From Dehalococcoidia bacterium (GTDB lineage: Bacteria; Chloroflexota; Dehalococcoidia; UBA2979): 64,000 nucleotides of DNA. The first letter of the stretch is position 1; the number at the start of each line of letters is the position of its first letter. Made by a program: the position numbers and the translations under genes. Shown in pieces: positions 1-9,621 of the stretch. Under the pieces are notes generated by a model. That model saw only the letters and a program-made list of their open reading frames with translations. It made no database searches and was not told where the DNA came from. The DNA lies in assembly GCA_965219085.1 (NCBI GenBank), contig OZ244720.1, positions 576,001 to 640,000 on the forward strand, in the 5' to 3' direction.

Positions 1-2237
1 ACTTCCCGCCGGATGTCCGCAGGAACGAAGTCCAGCCTCCAGTCACGGTCGCTGCCGTCAGTAACACGGCCATCGAGGTAGCGGAGGCCGTCGACAAAGA
101 AGCGCTCCACAAACTCGGGCGTGAGGCGCCGCTCCTTCGAGTCCCGTCCCTCATCGAGGATGGAGGTCATGTCGATGTGGTTGTTGGCGAGGGCGTCGCT
201 CATGCTCTCCTGAACGGCCGCGAGGGCCGCGGGGTCCTCGACGAAGTCCAGCTCGGCGAGGATCTCCTCCATCGAGCGGCGTTCGGTGATGGCGTCGCGG
301 ATGAGCGCCTCGAGGCGCACCTGGCCGGCCTCGAAGATGCTAGCGATCACGTCATAGACGTGGTCCGGCCCGAGCGCCTCCCGCATGCGTTCGAGCTTCT
401 CCAGCAGCCGTGTCATCACCAATCCCTCGCGGGTCCCCGCCGCTACGAGGTTGATGACGGTGACCTCGTACTCCTGCCCGTAGCGGTGGATGCGGCCCAT
501 GCGCTGCTCGAGGCGGTTGGGGTTCCAGGGCAGGTCCCAGTTGATCATGACCTTGCAGAACTGGAGGTTGATGCCCTCGCCAGCGGCTTCCGTCGCCACC
601 ATGAACTGCGCCGGTCCTCGGAACTCCTTCTCCGCCGCGATGCGGTCGGCGAGCTTCATGCCGCCGTGGATGTTGCAGACGCGGTAGCCCTGCTCCCGGA
701 GCTTCTCGGTCAGGTAGGTAAGGGTGTCGCGGTGCTCCGTGAAGATGAGGATCTTCTCGTCGCGGTCGGTGACTGTCTGGCTCTCGATGGCGCGCTGGAG
801 TTCCATGAGCTTGCGCTCGGGCCCCATACGCTGCGTGGCCTCCGCCAGATCGATCAGCGACCGAAGCTCCTCGATCTCCGCGCGCAGCTCGTCGGGCGTC
901 CTCGCCGTCGAGGCTCCCGACAGTGCCGCTTCGTCCTCGGAGGTGAGTTCGTCGAGGTCGTCATCTTCCGGGTCGTAGCCGACCTCGGCTGCTTGCTGCG
1001 GGACGCGCCCGGCTTCCACAGCCCGCTCAAGCTCCTCCGTGAGCCGGTCGTGCCGCCGCTCCAGGCTGCGAGTCGTCGCGTAGAGGGAGGAGGCGAGCCG
1101 ACGCTGCAGAACGATGAGGGCCAGCGTCACGTTCCGTCTCTGCGTCTGCGCCGCGTGCTCGGCCGCGGCCAGGCCCGTCGCGACGTAGCTGGTGACGGCG
1201 TCATACAAGTGCTGCTCGTGCTCCTCGAGTTCGTACGGGGCGGTGCGGACGTGTCTGGGAAGGAACAGCGGCCGGCCGTCGAAGTGCTTCATCGCCTCCT
1301 TCGTCCGGCGCAGGAAGTACGGCGAGCGGTCTTGATCGAGGGCGCTCTCGACCCCCGCCTGGGATGCGAACGCCTTGTCGTCGAGCAGCGAGAGCAGCAG
1401 CCTGAAGTTCTCCGGGTCGCCCTTGTGCGGGGTGGCCGTCATGAGCAGCAGGTGCTTCGTCCTCTCGGCGAGCTCCTCGGCCAACTGGTAGCGCTTGGTC
1501 TTGTCGATCTTGCCGGCGGTCCCGTAGCGGTACGCCGAGAGCTTGTGGGCCTCGTCGAAGATGACGATGTCCCAATCCGACTGCTCAAGCCCGGGCAGGA
1601 TGTGGTCCTGGATAGCCAGGTCGACCGACGCGACCACCTGGTCGGTCTCGACCCAGACGTTCTGTCCGAAGCCGCTGGAGACCGACTCGCCGGTAACCAG
1701 CGTGAACCGCTCGCGGAATCGCTCCCACATCTCCCGCCGCCACTGGTCAGTCAGCGCCTTCGGGCAGAGCACCAGGACGCGCGAGACGTCACCTCGTTGC
1801 ATCAGCTCCCGGAGGAGCAGGCCGGCCATGATCGTCTTGCCGGCGCCGGGGTCGTCCGCGAGCAGGAAGCGGATGCGCGGCAGTGGCAGCATGTGCTTGT
1901 AGACCGCGTCGAGCTGGTGGGGGAGCGGATCGACCTGCGAGACGGACACAGCGAACTGCGGGTCGAAAGCGTGAGCCAGGTGCGTGCGAAGCGCTTCGAC
2001 CGCGAGCCGGAAGAGCACGGGCTCCGCGTCGAAGGTATGGCGGCCGCCCGTGACCGCGCTGACCTCGCGCTCGAACTGCTCACGCGGGATCGTCCGGTCG
2101 TAGTGCTGGGCTGACTCGGTACCGACCGCCTCGATGCGCACCGATGCGCCGAGGTCGCTCACGTTCAGGACGCGCAGCGGCTCGGGCCAGAATGGCCCTT
2201 CGATGATCGTGCCCATCGCGAGTTGGGTGCTCTGCAT
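1..2237 (-). CDS. SNF2/Swi2-family helicase of the type found with DUF1156/DUF499 restriction-like systems; 3' end outside the window
   Basis: Manual minus-strand translation from ATG at 2237: MQSTQLAMGTIIEGPFWPEP...PLPHQLDAVY...RFLLADDPGAGKT (motif I), IFDEAHK (motif II), LMTATPHKG (motif III), ATEAAGEGINLQ, WNPNRLEQRMGRIHRYG (motif VI). The frame stays open to base 1. The + ORF 177..2114 is its antisense shadow. Confidence 0.9.
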   Translation of the reverse strand, partial: MQSTQLAMGTIIEGPFWPEPLRVLNVSDLGASVRIEAVGTESAQHYDRTIPREQFEREVSAVTGGRHTFDAEPVLFRLAVEALRTHLAHAFDPQFAVSVSQVDPLPHQLDAVYKHMLPLPRIRFLLADDPGAGKTIMAGLLLRELMQRGDVSRVLVLCPKALTDQWRREMWERFRERFTLVTGESVSSGFGQNVWVETDQVVASVDLAIQDHILPGLEQSDWDIVIFDEAHKLSAYRYGTAGKIDKTKRYQLAEELAERTKHLLLMTATPHKGDPENFRLLLSLLDDKAFASQAGVESALDQDRSPYFLRRTKEAMKHFDGRPLFLPRHVRTAPYELEEHEQHLYDAVTSYVATGLAAAEHAAQTQRRNVTLALIVLQRRLASSLYATTRSLERRHDRLTEELERAVEAGRVPQQAAEVGYDPEDDDLDELTSEDEAALSGASTARTPDELRAEIEELRSLIDLAEATQRMGPERKLMELQRAIESQTVTDRDEKILIFTEHRDTLTYLTEKLREQGYRVCNIHGGMKLADRIAAEKEFRGPAQFMVATEAAGEGINLQFCKVMINWDLPWNPNRLEQRMGRIHRYGQEYEVTVINLVAAGTREGLVMTRLLEKLERMREALGPDHVYDVIASIFEAGQVRLEALIRDAITERRSMEEILAELDFVEDPAALAAVQESMSDALANNHIDMTSILDEGRDSKERRLTPEFVERFFVDGLRYLDGRVTDGSDRDWRLDFVPADIRRE

Positions 2238-2532
2238 CGGGAACGCGATTGTAGGCCACCCGGACCAACAGCGGTCGTACGTGTCAGGAGCTCCCCACGC
2301 TGCCACTCCTTACTTACTTACGCTGGGCTGCGTGGCCGGTAACCGGCTGTCTTCACGAAGTCAGGTGGGGCCGAGAATGGATGATGCATCTCATCTGCTT
2401 GACGGGCCTCACTCACGCCCTCAAGAATGGCGTGTAGCCACGAGAGTAGACGGGCGATGCCGTCAGCGTGAGCATCCGGACGCCGTCCGCGCCGTCACGG
2501 CAGTCTCGTGGCGAGTGAGTAGGTAACGCGCC

Positions 2533-4914
2533 TTGGTGTCCGAGCTCATAGACCTGCCCCCGACATTCGTTGGTTACCCTGGCGAGAATCCTGACGGCGA
2601 TAGCGGGCTTCGCCTCGTTCAGGCCCTCCGCGCCCAAGGAGTCGCAGTCTACGACTGGCAAGACGCGTCGGAGCCCAACTTCCTGTGGTCAGGAGAGAGC
2701 GGCGTCAAGGCCGCGATCGACAAATCCGGCCTAGCCCTCCTGGAGACCACGAGCGGCAATGGCAATGTGCTGTTTGAGTTCGGCTACGCCATTGGCTCAA
2801 ACCGCCACGTATATTCCCTACACGATTCAACACGCGCAGACGGGATGCGCCTTCGTGTCCTAGACACAGTTCGACAGATTCGGTACTCCGCCCGCCGAGA
2901 CATCATCGAGGAACTTAGGTCGTTCCAGCCTGGCGGCGCGACGCTCCTCGACGAAGTCGGTTGGTCATCCCAACAAACTCCGGACCCGAGGACAGTCTTT
3001 TTTCTTCCTGCCCCTAACACTCACGATCTTTCTGGCACAATCTATTCGGCCATTCAGCGACTTAGGTTTCTTCGTTCGGCTCGCATCGATACCGACGACG
3101 CCGACTACAATAATATCCGTACCCTTACATATGCTATCGGATCGGCAGCGACATACGTGGGGCTACTTGTGCACGAAGGAATTCATGACGCGGACCGCTC
3201 CAACGCTCACTCCATGCTCTTCGCCGGGATCGCGGCCGGGCTAGGCAGAAAGTACGTCGTCCTCGCGCCACGCGACGGGAAACGACTCCTCGATCTTGAG
3301 GATAATATCCTCTTCTATGACAGTGAGACCGAAGCGGAAGAACGGCTAAGGCGCTGGCTGGAAGATGCCGTCTCGGCTGCACTTGGCGCTGGAGACGTTA
3401 CTGCACAGCGTCCGGTCTCCACGAAGCCCGAGGATCGACAGGAGCCTGTCTTCCTCGGTAGTGGGGACGCCGGTGCCGACTTCGAACTCGCGGACTACTT
3501 TGTGAACACGCCAGAGTTTGTCCAAGCTAGAAATGCAGAAAAGCGCATATTCGTTGGAGCCAAGGGATCGGGGAAGACTGCTAACTTCAAAATGCTCTCA
3601 GCTGAGTTCAGGGACACGAGTCGCCTGCTGGTCGACCTGCAGCCAACGGAATGGCAGTTCCCCGAACTAGCGGCAGTCTTTGAAGAGCAGATCCCGTTCG
3701 CACACTGGCGATTCGTTTACGGGAGCTTCTGGCGTTTCATCATTCTGTCCGAGGTCGTCGCGAAGATCCGCCAGGACTTCTGGCCAGAGATATTGATGGA
3801 TGCGGGAAGTGACAGCGCGGAGGCTCGACGACTGCAAACCCAGGCTTCGCGTACCCGCTCTAGACCTGCAACCCCGCAATACAGCACGGCGATCAAGAAC
3901 TGGGCCGAGGAGAACGAACACCTACTGGCTCTCGATTTCGCCTCGCGGGTATCTCGACTGCTCGAGGATCTCAGCGAGTCGGCCCGCGCAGACGACCAAG
4001 CGGCTATGCGAGAGAAACTACAGATCGCGCGCCTCTATGGACTCGAGCGAGATATCCGGGAGTTCGCCAGGCACCACGAGATTCGCTTCATAGCAGACGA
4101 CTTGGATCGAAACTGGGAGCCGTCAAGTGACGAAGCATTCCGTCTTGTGACTTCTCTTCTGAATGCTGTCAGCGATGTAACTTCAAACTTCGACTCGGAC
4201 TTCAAGGCTACGCTGTTCATACGCCGTGACCTTTACGATTACCTGATGATCCACGATCCAGAGTTTGGACGGCGAGATGTTGGAATCCTCAGGTGGTCGA
4301 CAGAGCTCCTCGGAGAGGTTGTGGCAGCACGGCTCCGCGCCCGCGGCGTCGCATCTGGAGAAACTGCCGAAGTTTGGAGTCAGACGTTCCCAATTTGGAC
4401 GCAGGAAGAGCTGACGAGCGAGTTTATTGCAACGCGGTCACTCCATCGCCCGCGTCAGATGATCCACTTCTGCCAGGAGGCGATCGCTGCAGCGGCTAGA
4501 GAACTTGAGGAACGCGTGCTGGACCGGCACATCAATGAGGCATGGAGCGATACCGGTCAGCTGATCCTTGGAGAGCTTGTCGCCGAGCACCGCTTCAAGT
4601 ACCCCGGCTTGGACGGCGTGCTGCTGGAGCTATTCGGCGAGTTCCCGGTCTCCTGTCCGATGTCGACCCTGCAGAGCCGGATCGGCGCGCTCAGTAATCG
4701 ACCCGACTGGTTAACGATCGAATCGGCCGGAGGCCGGGACAACGTCGCCGTGTTCTATGACCTGCAGGTCTTGGGTGTTACTGGGAGGGGCGGAGCTCTG
4801 TACTACAAACAGGATCGGCCGTGGGAGAGCGTGCGACCAGTGCTTGACGAGGACTTCGAGGTCGTCGTACACCCTGCCTTCCAGCGCTACTTCGGCGCTC
4901 TCGTTCACGAGTGA
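2533..4914 (+). CDS. Putative defence protein: two N-terminal TIR/nucleoside-deoxyribosyltransferase-like Rossmann domains plus a P-loop ATPase (Sll1717/FunZ-like)
   Basis: 793-aa ORF. It has LLETTSGNGNVLFEFGYAIG (NDT/TIR-like motif), a second degenerate copy (SNAHSMLFAGIAAGLG), Walker A GAKGSGKT, Walker B-like FIADDLDRNW and LFIRRDLY. The sequence is visibly less GC-rich than its flanks. Confidence 0.7.
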   Translation: MVSELIDLPPTFVGYPGENPDGDSGLRLVQALRAQGVAVYDWQDASEPNFLWSGESGVKAAIDKSGLALLETTSGNGNVLFEFGYAIGSNRHVYSLHDSTRADGMRLRVLDTVRQIRYSARRDIIEELRSFQPGGATLLDEVGWSSQQTPDPRTVFFLPAPNTHDLSGTIYSAIQRLRFLRSARIDTDDADYNNIRTLTYAIGSAATYVGLLVHEGIHDADRSNAHSMLFAGIAAGLGRKYVVLAPRDGKRLLDLEDNILFYDSETEAEERLRRWLEDAVSAALGAGDVTAQRPVSTKPEDRQEPVFLGSGDAGADFELADYFVNTPEFVQARNAEKRIFVGAKGSGKTANFKMLSAEFRDTSRLLVDLQPTEWQFPELAAVFEEQIPFAHWRFVYGSFWRFIILSEVVAKIRQDFWPEILMDAGSDSAEARRLQTQASRTRSRPATPQYSTAIKNWAEENEHLLALDFASRVSRLLEDLSESARADDQAAMREKLQIARLYGLERDIREFARHHEIRFIADDLDRNWEPSSDEAFRLVTSLLNAVSDVTSNFDSDFKATLFIRRDLYDYLMIHDPEFGRRDVGILRWSTELLGEVVAARLRARGVASGETAEVWSQTFPIWTQEELTSEFIATRSLHRPRQMIHFCQEAIAAAARELEERVLDRHINEAWSDTGQLILGELVAEHRFKYPGLDGVLLELFGEFPVSCPMSTLQSRIGALSNRPDWLTIESAGGRDNVAVFYDLQVLGVTGRGGALYYKQDRPWESVRPVLDEDFEVVVHPAFQRYFGALVHE

Positions 4915-4931
4915 GAGCCGCTGAACACCAT

Positions 4932-4956
4932 GAGACCGCCCCATTGGGGCGGTCTC
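4932..4956 (+). terminator. GC-rich hairpin, probable terminator between convergent genes
   Basis: GAGACCGCCCC-ATT-GGGGCGGTCTC is a perfect 11-bp stem 17 nt after the stop at 4914. The U-tract is weak. Confidence 0.65.
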
Positions 4957-5144
4957 GCGTCTTGCTGCTGAGCCGCTACTTCACACTGGAGCTGTGCCCT
5001 TCAATGCAACTCTTTGGCTGACGTGCCGAGGTTTGTACCACGTATCTGGTCGCAACTGCAACTGGCGGTAGCCATCGATGGCGCAGTGACCCCGAGGCAA
5101 TTCGACCTGCCTCGCCTCGCCCATTATCATAGCTCGCCCGCCGA

Positions 5145-5387
5145 CTACTTGCCTACCCGAGGCCACCCATCGCTAGCCGGGAGCGTCGCTCCGCGACCTG
5201 CTGCGCCTGGGCGAAGACCGATTCGACCGAGTCGACGTCCTCGTTGCCGGCGACGATACTTCCTTGCCAAGGGGAGCATCAGATCCTCGCCGTCTTCGGG
5301 AAGCTCGCCTCCGCGTAGCGTGTCGGCCATGCGCCAGATGTCGGACCTGTGGTCGGCGACGGCGGTACTGCCTCGGGCGGTCGTCAT
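5145..5387 (-). pseudogene. Remnant of a type I restriction-modification HsdM N-terminus
   Basis: IWRMADTLRG...LMLP resembles the HsdM_N 'IW..AD.LRG' signature, and the similarity is lost after about 45 aa. The ATG overlaps the upstream stop (ATGA, 5384-5387). Confidence 0.45.
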
Positions 5388-5620
5388 CGCACCTCACCGC
5401 CCTCGGCGCGCCAGCGTGCCACCTCGTGCCTGGCGTTCTTCCCACCGGGTCCGTAGCCATGCTCTACGAGGAACTCGGGAACCCCGCTGTACTCGACGGA
5501 GATGACGGCAGACTCGGCGGTCTTGTCGTGGCCGGGCAGGAAGAACGAGCCGATCGCCGTCTCGGCACCGCAGCCGCACCAGCACTCGCCAGTAGGGAGC
5601 AGGCGGTCGGTGGAAGCCAT
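5384..5620 (-). CDS. Small Cys/His protein (CxCGCG...FxPGHD), probably metal-binding
   Basis: 78 aa, MASTDRLLPTGECWCGCGAETAIGSFFLPGHD. A GGAGGA RBS lies upstream of ATG 5620. Confidence 0.7.
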   Translation of the reverse strand: MASTDRLLPTGECWCGCGAETAIGSFFLPGHDKTAESAVISVEYSGVPEFLVEHGYGPGGKNARHEVARWRAEGGEVR

Positions 5621-5872
5621 GGGCCTAGGTCCTCCTCGGAGTGTCCCGATCCCGTAGCCTTGGATCGCACCCAAGGATACGGCTCACCTCCGGGACCCGT
5701 CCACGTGACGCACGTCGCGAGTGAGGGACACGCGGTCATGCTAGGCAGTCGTCTGACAGCGGGCGCGAAGCCCTTCGGAATTCCGGATCGGCAACCTCTG
5801 GCATCGATTGGAGTGCCGGCTCCTTACCGCGAGCGTCGGCGATCCGTCCATCGTGTGAGAAGGCCCCTAAAT

Positions 5873-6995
5873 TGTCCTATCACCGAGTCAAGGCGACGGG
5901 TGCCGGCCTTCTGAAATAGGGGCCAGGCGGTACATCCTGCTGTGTGTTGCAGCACAGGAAGGATCTCCGCCATGACCCCCGAAGACGTACTGTACCGCCA
6001 GCGACTGCGCACGTTCGCGCTCGCCGAGGAGCTCGGCAGCGTCCGGGCCGCCTGCCGGGTGATGGGCATCCACCACTCGACGTTCTATCGCTGGAAGGCC
6101 CAGGCCGAGCGCTACGGCCTGGAGCTGCTGCGGCCCCGCGAGCGCCGCCCGCCGCGCATGCCCAACGCCACCAGTCCGCTCGTCGAGCAGCGCGTCGTGG
6201 CCTTCGCCCTCGGCCAGCCCGGCTTCGGACCTGCGCGCATCGCCGCCGAGCTGGCGCGGCCCAAGTGGGGCGGCATCCGGCTCTCCCATAACGGGGTCTG
6301 GCGCATCCTCAAGCGCCACGGCCTCAACACCCGCCGCAAGCGCCTCGGCCTCGTCGCCGGCTACGCAGCTCCTCCCGAGCCAACACCCCCCGAACCGCAG
6401 CCCGAGCGCCACCTGGAGGCCTCCAGGCCCGGAGAACTGGTGCAGTTCGACTGTTTCCACGTCGGACGGCTCTCCGGCGCCAGGGGCACCGTCTGGCAGT
6501 ACACGGCCATCGACGTCGCCTCCGCCTACACCTGGGCTGAGCTGCACACCACCCCGCGCAACCCGTCGGCGAAGTGGACCTCGCACCTCGCCCGCCGCGT
6601 TGCCGCCGGCCTCGCCGCCCGCGGCTGGGAGCTCGAGACCGTGATGACCGACAACGGATCAGAGTTCCGTTCGCATGTCTTCGGCGAGACGGTCGCCGCC
6701 CGCGGCGCCCGCCAGCGCTTCATCCACGCCGGCAGGCCCCAGACCAACGGCTGCGTCGAGCGGGTGCAGGGCACGATCCTCGAGGAGTGCTGGAAGCCGT
6801 CCTTCGCGCGCCACCTCATCCCGAAGCAGACAGGTCTCCGCAACGACCTCGTGCGCTACCTGGACTACTACAACACCGACCGCGCCCACACCGGCCGCTG
6901 GACGCGCGGCCGCACCCCCGAGAGCGTGATCGGCAAGGCCAAGCTATGGTCGTGACGCACAGCCCGATATGTCGGCAGATCTTGGTGACAGGACA
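5873..6995 (+). mobile_element. IS481-family insertion sequence, intact
   Basis: Ends are TGT...ACA. IRs TGTCCTATCACCGAG and TGTCCTGTCACCAAG match 13/15. An 8-bp direct repeat CCCTAAAT flanks the element at 5865-5872 and 6996-7003. Confidence 0.92.
5972..6955 (+). CDS. IS481-family DDE transposase
   Basis: N-terminal HTH (SVRAACRVMGIHHSTFYRW) and rve core VQFD...TDNGSEF...PQTNGCVER. Confidence 0.93.
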   Translation: MTPEDVLYRQRLRTFALAEELGSVRAACRVMGIHHSTFYRWKAQAERYGLELLRPRERRPPRMPNATSPLVEQRVVAFALGQPGFGPARIAAELARPKWGGIRLSHNGVWRILKRHGLNTRRKRLGLVAGYAAPPEPTPPEPQPERHLEASRPGELVQFDCFHVGRLSGARGTVWQYTAIDVASAYTWAELHTTPRNPSAKWTSHLARRVAAGLAARGWELETVMTDNGSEFRSHVFGETVAARGARQRFIHAGRPQTNGCVERVQGTILEECWKPSFARHLIPKQTGLRNDLVRYLDYYNTDRAHTGRWTRGRTPESVIGKAKLWS

Positions 6996-7002
6996 CCCTA
7001 AA

Positions 7003-7644
7003 TCACGGCGAAGGGAGCCTGAGGTTGGAAATGCCAACGTTCCTCAGGAGTGCTCGGACCTTCTTTCGCTCCCACGTCGTGGGAGTTCGAACTACGGGAA
7101 CTCGCCCCAGTGCACTCATGAGCATGGAGTCCGTCACGATCGGCGGCGATTCGAGATTGAGCCAAAGAGGGCGACAGATGAAGTACATCGGGTATTGAGT
7201 GGCGCGATTCCGGTATCGTTCCTCGGCTGTAGCGCGAGTGACGGGCCAACATGGGATGCAGGCATCGGCATCCAATCCGTTATTCCCCGCAATGACGCAG
7301 TTCGGTGGGAGGGGCAGTTCCTGCCCGATCAACCACTCCGCAGCAGCCTCGTGCGACGGGTGCCTCTGCACGACTTCGAGCACCGCTGGGAGCCGAATCG
7401 ACTTCTCGGTGTCGTCGGCGTAACGAGCCTTCGTGGTGAGGTAGACGACTACGTCACCGATTTCGAGCCGAGGTGCAAAGTTCCTCCCTCTACAGATCGA
7501 AGAGATCGTTGCTAGGTCGCACGACAGATAGGGCTCGCGCCTGTGCGAGCCGTCGACGAATAACGCATGCCCAGCCGACTCGGCTGCCCTGACCCCGCCT
7601 CTCGATGCTGCCAGCGGTCGGTACTTATTGATCCAGAAGTTCAT
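7003..7644 (-). CDS. Hypothetical protein, weakly Nmad2-like
   Basis: 213-aa ORF with a strong AGGAGG RBS. ISSICRGRNFAPRLEIGDVVVY resembles nucleotide-modification-associated domains. The stop abuts the IS481 target duplication. Confidence 0.6.
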   Translation of the reverse strand: MNFWINKYRPLAASRGGVRAAESAGHALFVDGSHRREPYLSCDLATISSICRGRNFAPRLEIGDVVVYLTTKARYADDTEKSIRLPAVLEVVQRHPSHEAAAEWLIGQELPLPPNCVIAGNNGLDADACIPCWPVTRATAEERYRNRATQYPMYFICRPLWLNLESPPIVTDSMLMSALGRVPVVRTPTTWERKKVRALLRNVGISNLRLPSP

Positions 7645-8277
7645 GGCTCCTCCTCGCTTCCCCGTGTGGCTCGTGGCCGCCTACGGTCGTGCGGTCAAGG
7701 AGCCACCTCATACCCCGCCACGCCTCTCGTTCCTCGTCTTCGTTGCGAGCCCGCTCCCGCGAGGCGCGGAGTCGTCGGAGCATGGACTTGGCCCATCGGC
7801 TCACCACGGGCCAGGGGTGCCGGGTCAGCTCGGCGAAAGGGTCTTCGTATTGTGCGTAGTACGTTGTCGCGGATCCCGACCAGCCGAAGGTGTTGACGTT
7901 GTCATCGATGGCATCCCGCACGTCCTCTCGGTCTCCGAACTCGTCGAGGAGGCGTGTGAGCCACGGATGCAAGGCTGTCTTGCCGCCCTCGTCGCCGTCA
8001 GGCGTTGCGAGGACGGGGAGGATGCCAGCCGCGAACGCCGGTGCGGCATCCGGGTGGGCGTGACACCACGCGAACAGCGTGGGTTCGGGCAGGTCCAGGA
8101 GCGGCGGGTTCTTCTTCGGGCCGAACGAGTAGGAATCTCCAAGCGCCAGCCCCAGCCGGTGCGCCTTCCAGTGGTCCGCGACGATCGTCTGGCCGAGGAG
8201 TGGCCAGACGACCTCCGGGAAGTCGGAGAGGAGGGTGCGGAGCAGGGGTCGTACGCCCTCAGCATTATCGATGGTGT
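7625..8277 (-). pseudogene. Orphan C-terminal fragment of a large helical protein; N-terminus deleted
   Basis: Protein-like sequence (VWPLLG...LFAWC...LLDEFGD...FGWSGSATTYY...HPWPVVSRWA) begins abruptly at the ispH breakpoint, in a different frame. Confidence 0.55.
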
Positions 8278-8838
8278 CTGCGTCTGCGCCATCACGCCGA
8301 TCTTGTTGGGGAAGCCGCCTGGGAACGTCTCGATCACGTCCCGAAGGTGGTCGACGTCGGCGTGCTCGATCACTGAGACCTTCGAGCGCCCCTTCGCGTC
8401 GAAGCCCCAGCCCGTGATGCCTCGCACCTCCTTGTGGCCGGGGTCGCCGAAGATCAGCGCGTGCCAGCCCTCGCGCACGAACTTGTGCGCGTAGCGCTGC
8501 GCGCGCGTCACCACGGGGCACGTCGTGTCGACGATGTCGAGCCCGGCGCGTTCGAGGTCGATGAGCACCTGCTCGCCGACGCCGTGCGCGGTGATCGCGA
8601 CGCGGCCCGGGCCCACGCGCTCGGCCGTGATGGCGCCGAAGTCACCGTCGACGTCGTCGGGACCGGGCAGCTGGCGTACGCCCGCACGCTCGAGCTGCTC
8701 GACGACGTGCGGATTGTGGACGATCTCCCCGGCGCTGGAGATGGGACTCTCTGGGGTCGCGGCGTGCTCCATCATCTGGACTGCGCGGCGCACGCCCATG
8801 CAGAAACCCATTTCGCTCGCACGGATGACTTGGGCCAT
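8278..8838 (-). pseudogene. ispH: 4-hydroxy-3-methylbut-2-enyl diphosphate reductase, 3'-truncated
   Basis: GFCMGV, HNPHVV, AHGV, DTTCPVV, GHKEVRG and AQT are present. Similarity stops at about residue 186, so the third Fe-S Cys and the SSN motif are missing. Confidence 0.85.
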
Positions 8839-8948
8839 GGTGCACCTCCACCTGCTATTCCCTACGATCCCACGGCGGCCGCCGCCGCTTCCTGCACCCG
8901 CTTGAACTCTTCCTCCGTCAGGCGCATGAGTGGCCGATCACCTAGCAG

Positions 8949-9065
8949 CAGGGTGCTGAAAAAGTCGTCTGGAACGGTCTCGGCCCGGAATCGACTGCGT
9001 GCGGCTACCGAGAAACCCTTTGTTTTCAAGGGTTTTTCCGAGCGCCGCAGTGCCGCGAAACGCTT
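8949..9065 (+). mobile_element. Truncated copy of the MITE at 45846-45996
   Basis: About 115 bp near-identical to 45846-45961, starting CAGGGTGCTGAAAAAG just after CTAGCAG. The right IR is absent. Confidence 0.75.
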
Positions 9066-9161
9066 GCGGCGACATCTTCCTGACGCGGTCGGACGAACCG
9101 CGGGTTGTCGAGGGGCGCCGCCGTGCGTGTCTGTGGAGTCCCCGGACCAGCCGTCGAACCT

Positions 9162-9450
9162 CTAGTCGTCTTTCGGCGAGGCGCTCGCCACGATCGAGCC
9201 CGACGGAATCCTCACCGACGTGGGCGCCGTCCCGCTGATCACGTTCCCCGTCTCCGTCACGCTCACCGCGACCACGAGCAGCGCGCCCGTGGTGCCCGTC
9301 CGCGTCACGGTGAAGAGCGCGCTCTGGTCCTCGGTCAGGCTGCTCGCGAGCCGCGCGATCGTCACCGCGTTGGCGATGTCCGGGTTGGTCGCAAGGCCGG
9401 AGAACAGCACCACGCCGTCCGCCTCGGCCAGCGGGGCGGCGCCGAGCATC
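9162..9450 (-). pseudogene. Fragment of a Calx-beta/Ig-like surface-protein domain
   Basis: VTIARLASSLTEDQSALFTVTRTGTTGALLVVAVSVTETGNVISGTAPTSVRIP is a beta-sandwich pattern. It has no convincing start or signal peptide. Confidence 0.45.
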
Positions 9451-9544
9451 TCTACGAGAGTGGCGGCGGCGGGCAGCTGGAGGCCTGTGCGCGGAGCCTG
9501 CACGTCGCCCGAGACTGAGGCCGCACTACTTCAATCCATGCGTA

Positions 9545-9621
9545 TTCACGCTATGTTCACAGATAAGAGTGCTAAAGTTCACGCTCCGTGCACTGACACC
9601 AAGCCAACGAGCAGGAAGAAT
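9545..9621 (+). promoter_or_regulatory. Conserved activator-box promoter, copy 1
   Basis: TTCAC at 9545, 9556 and 9578; TGCAC at 9589; CTGACA(9593)-17 nt-AAGAAT(9616). Confidence 0.7.

Noticed and set aside
177-2114. 645-aa plus-strand ORF
   Set aside because: Antisense shadow in the same codon register as the SNF2 helicase, with no motifs of its own.
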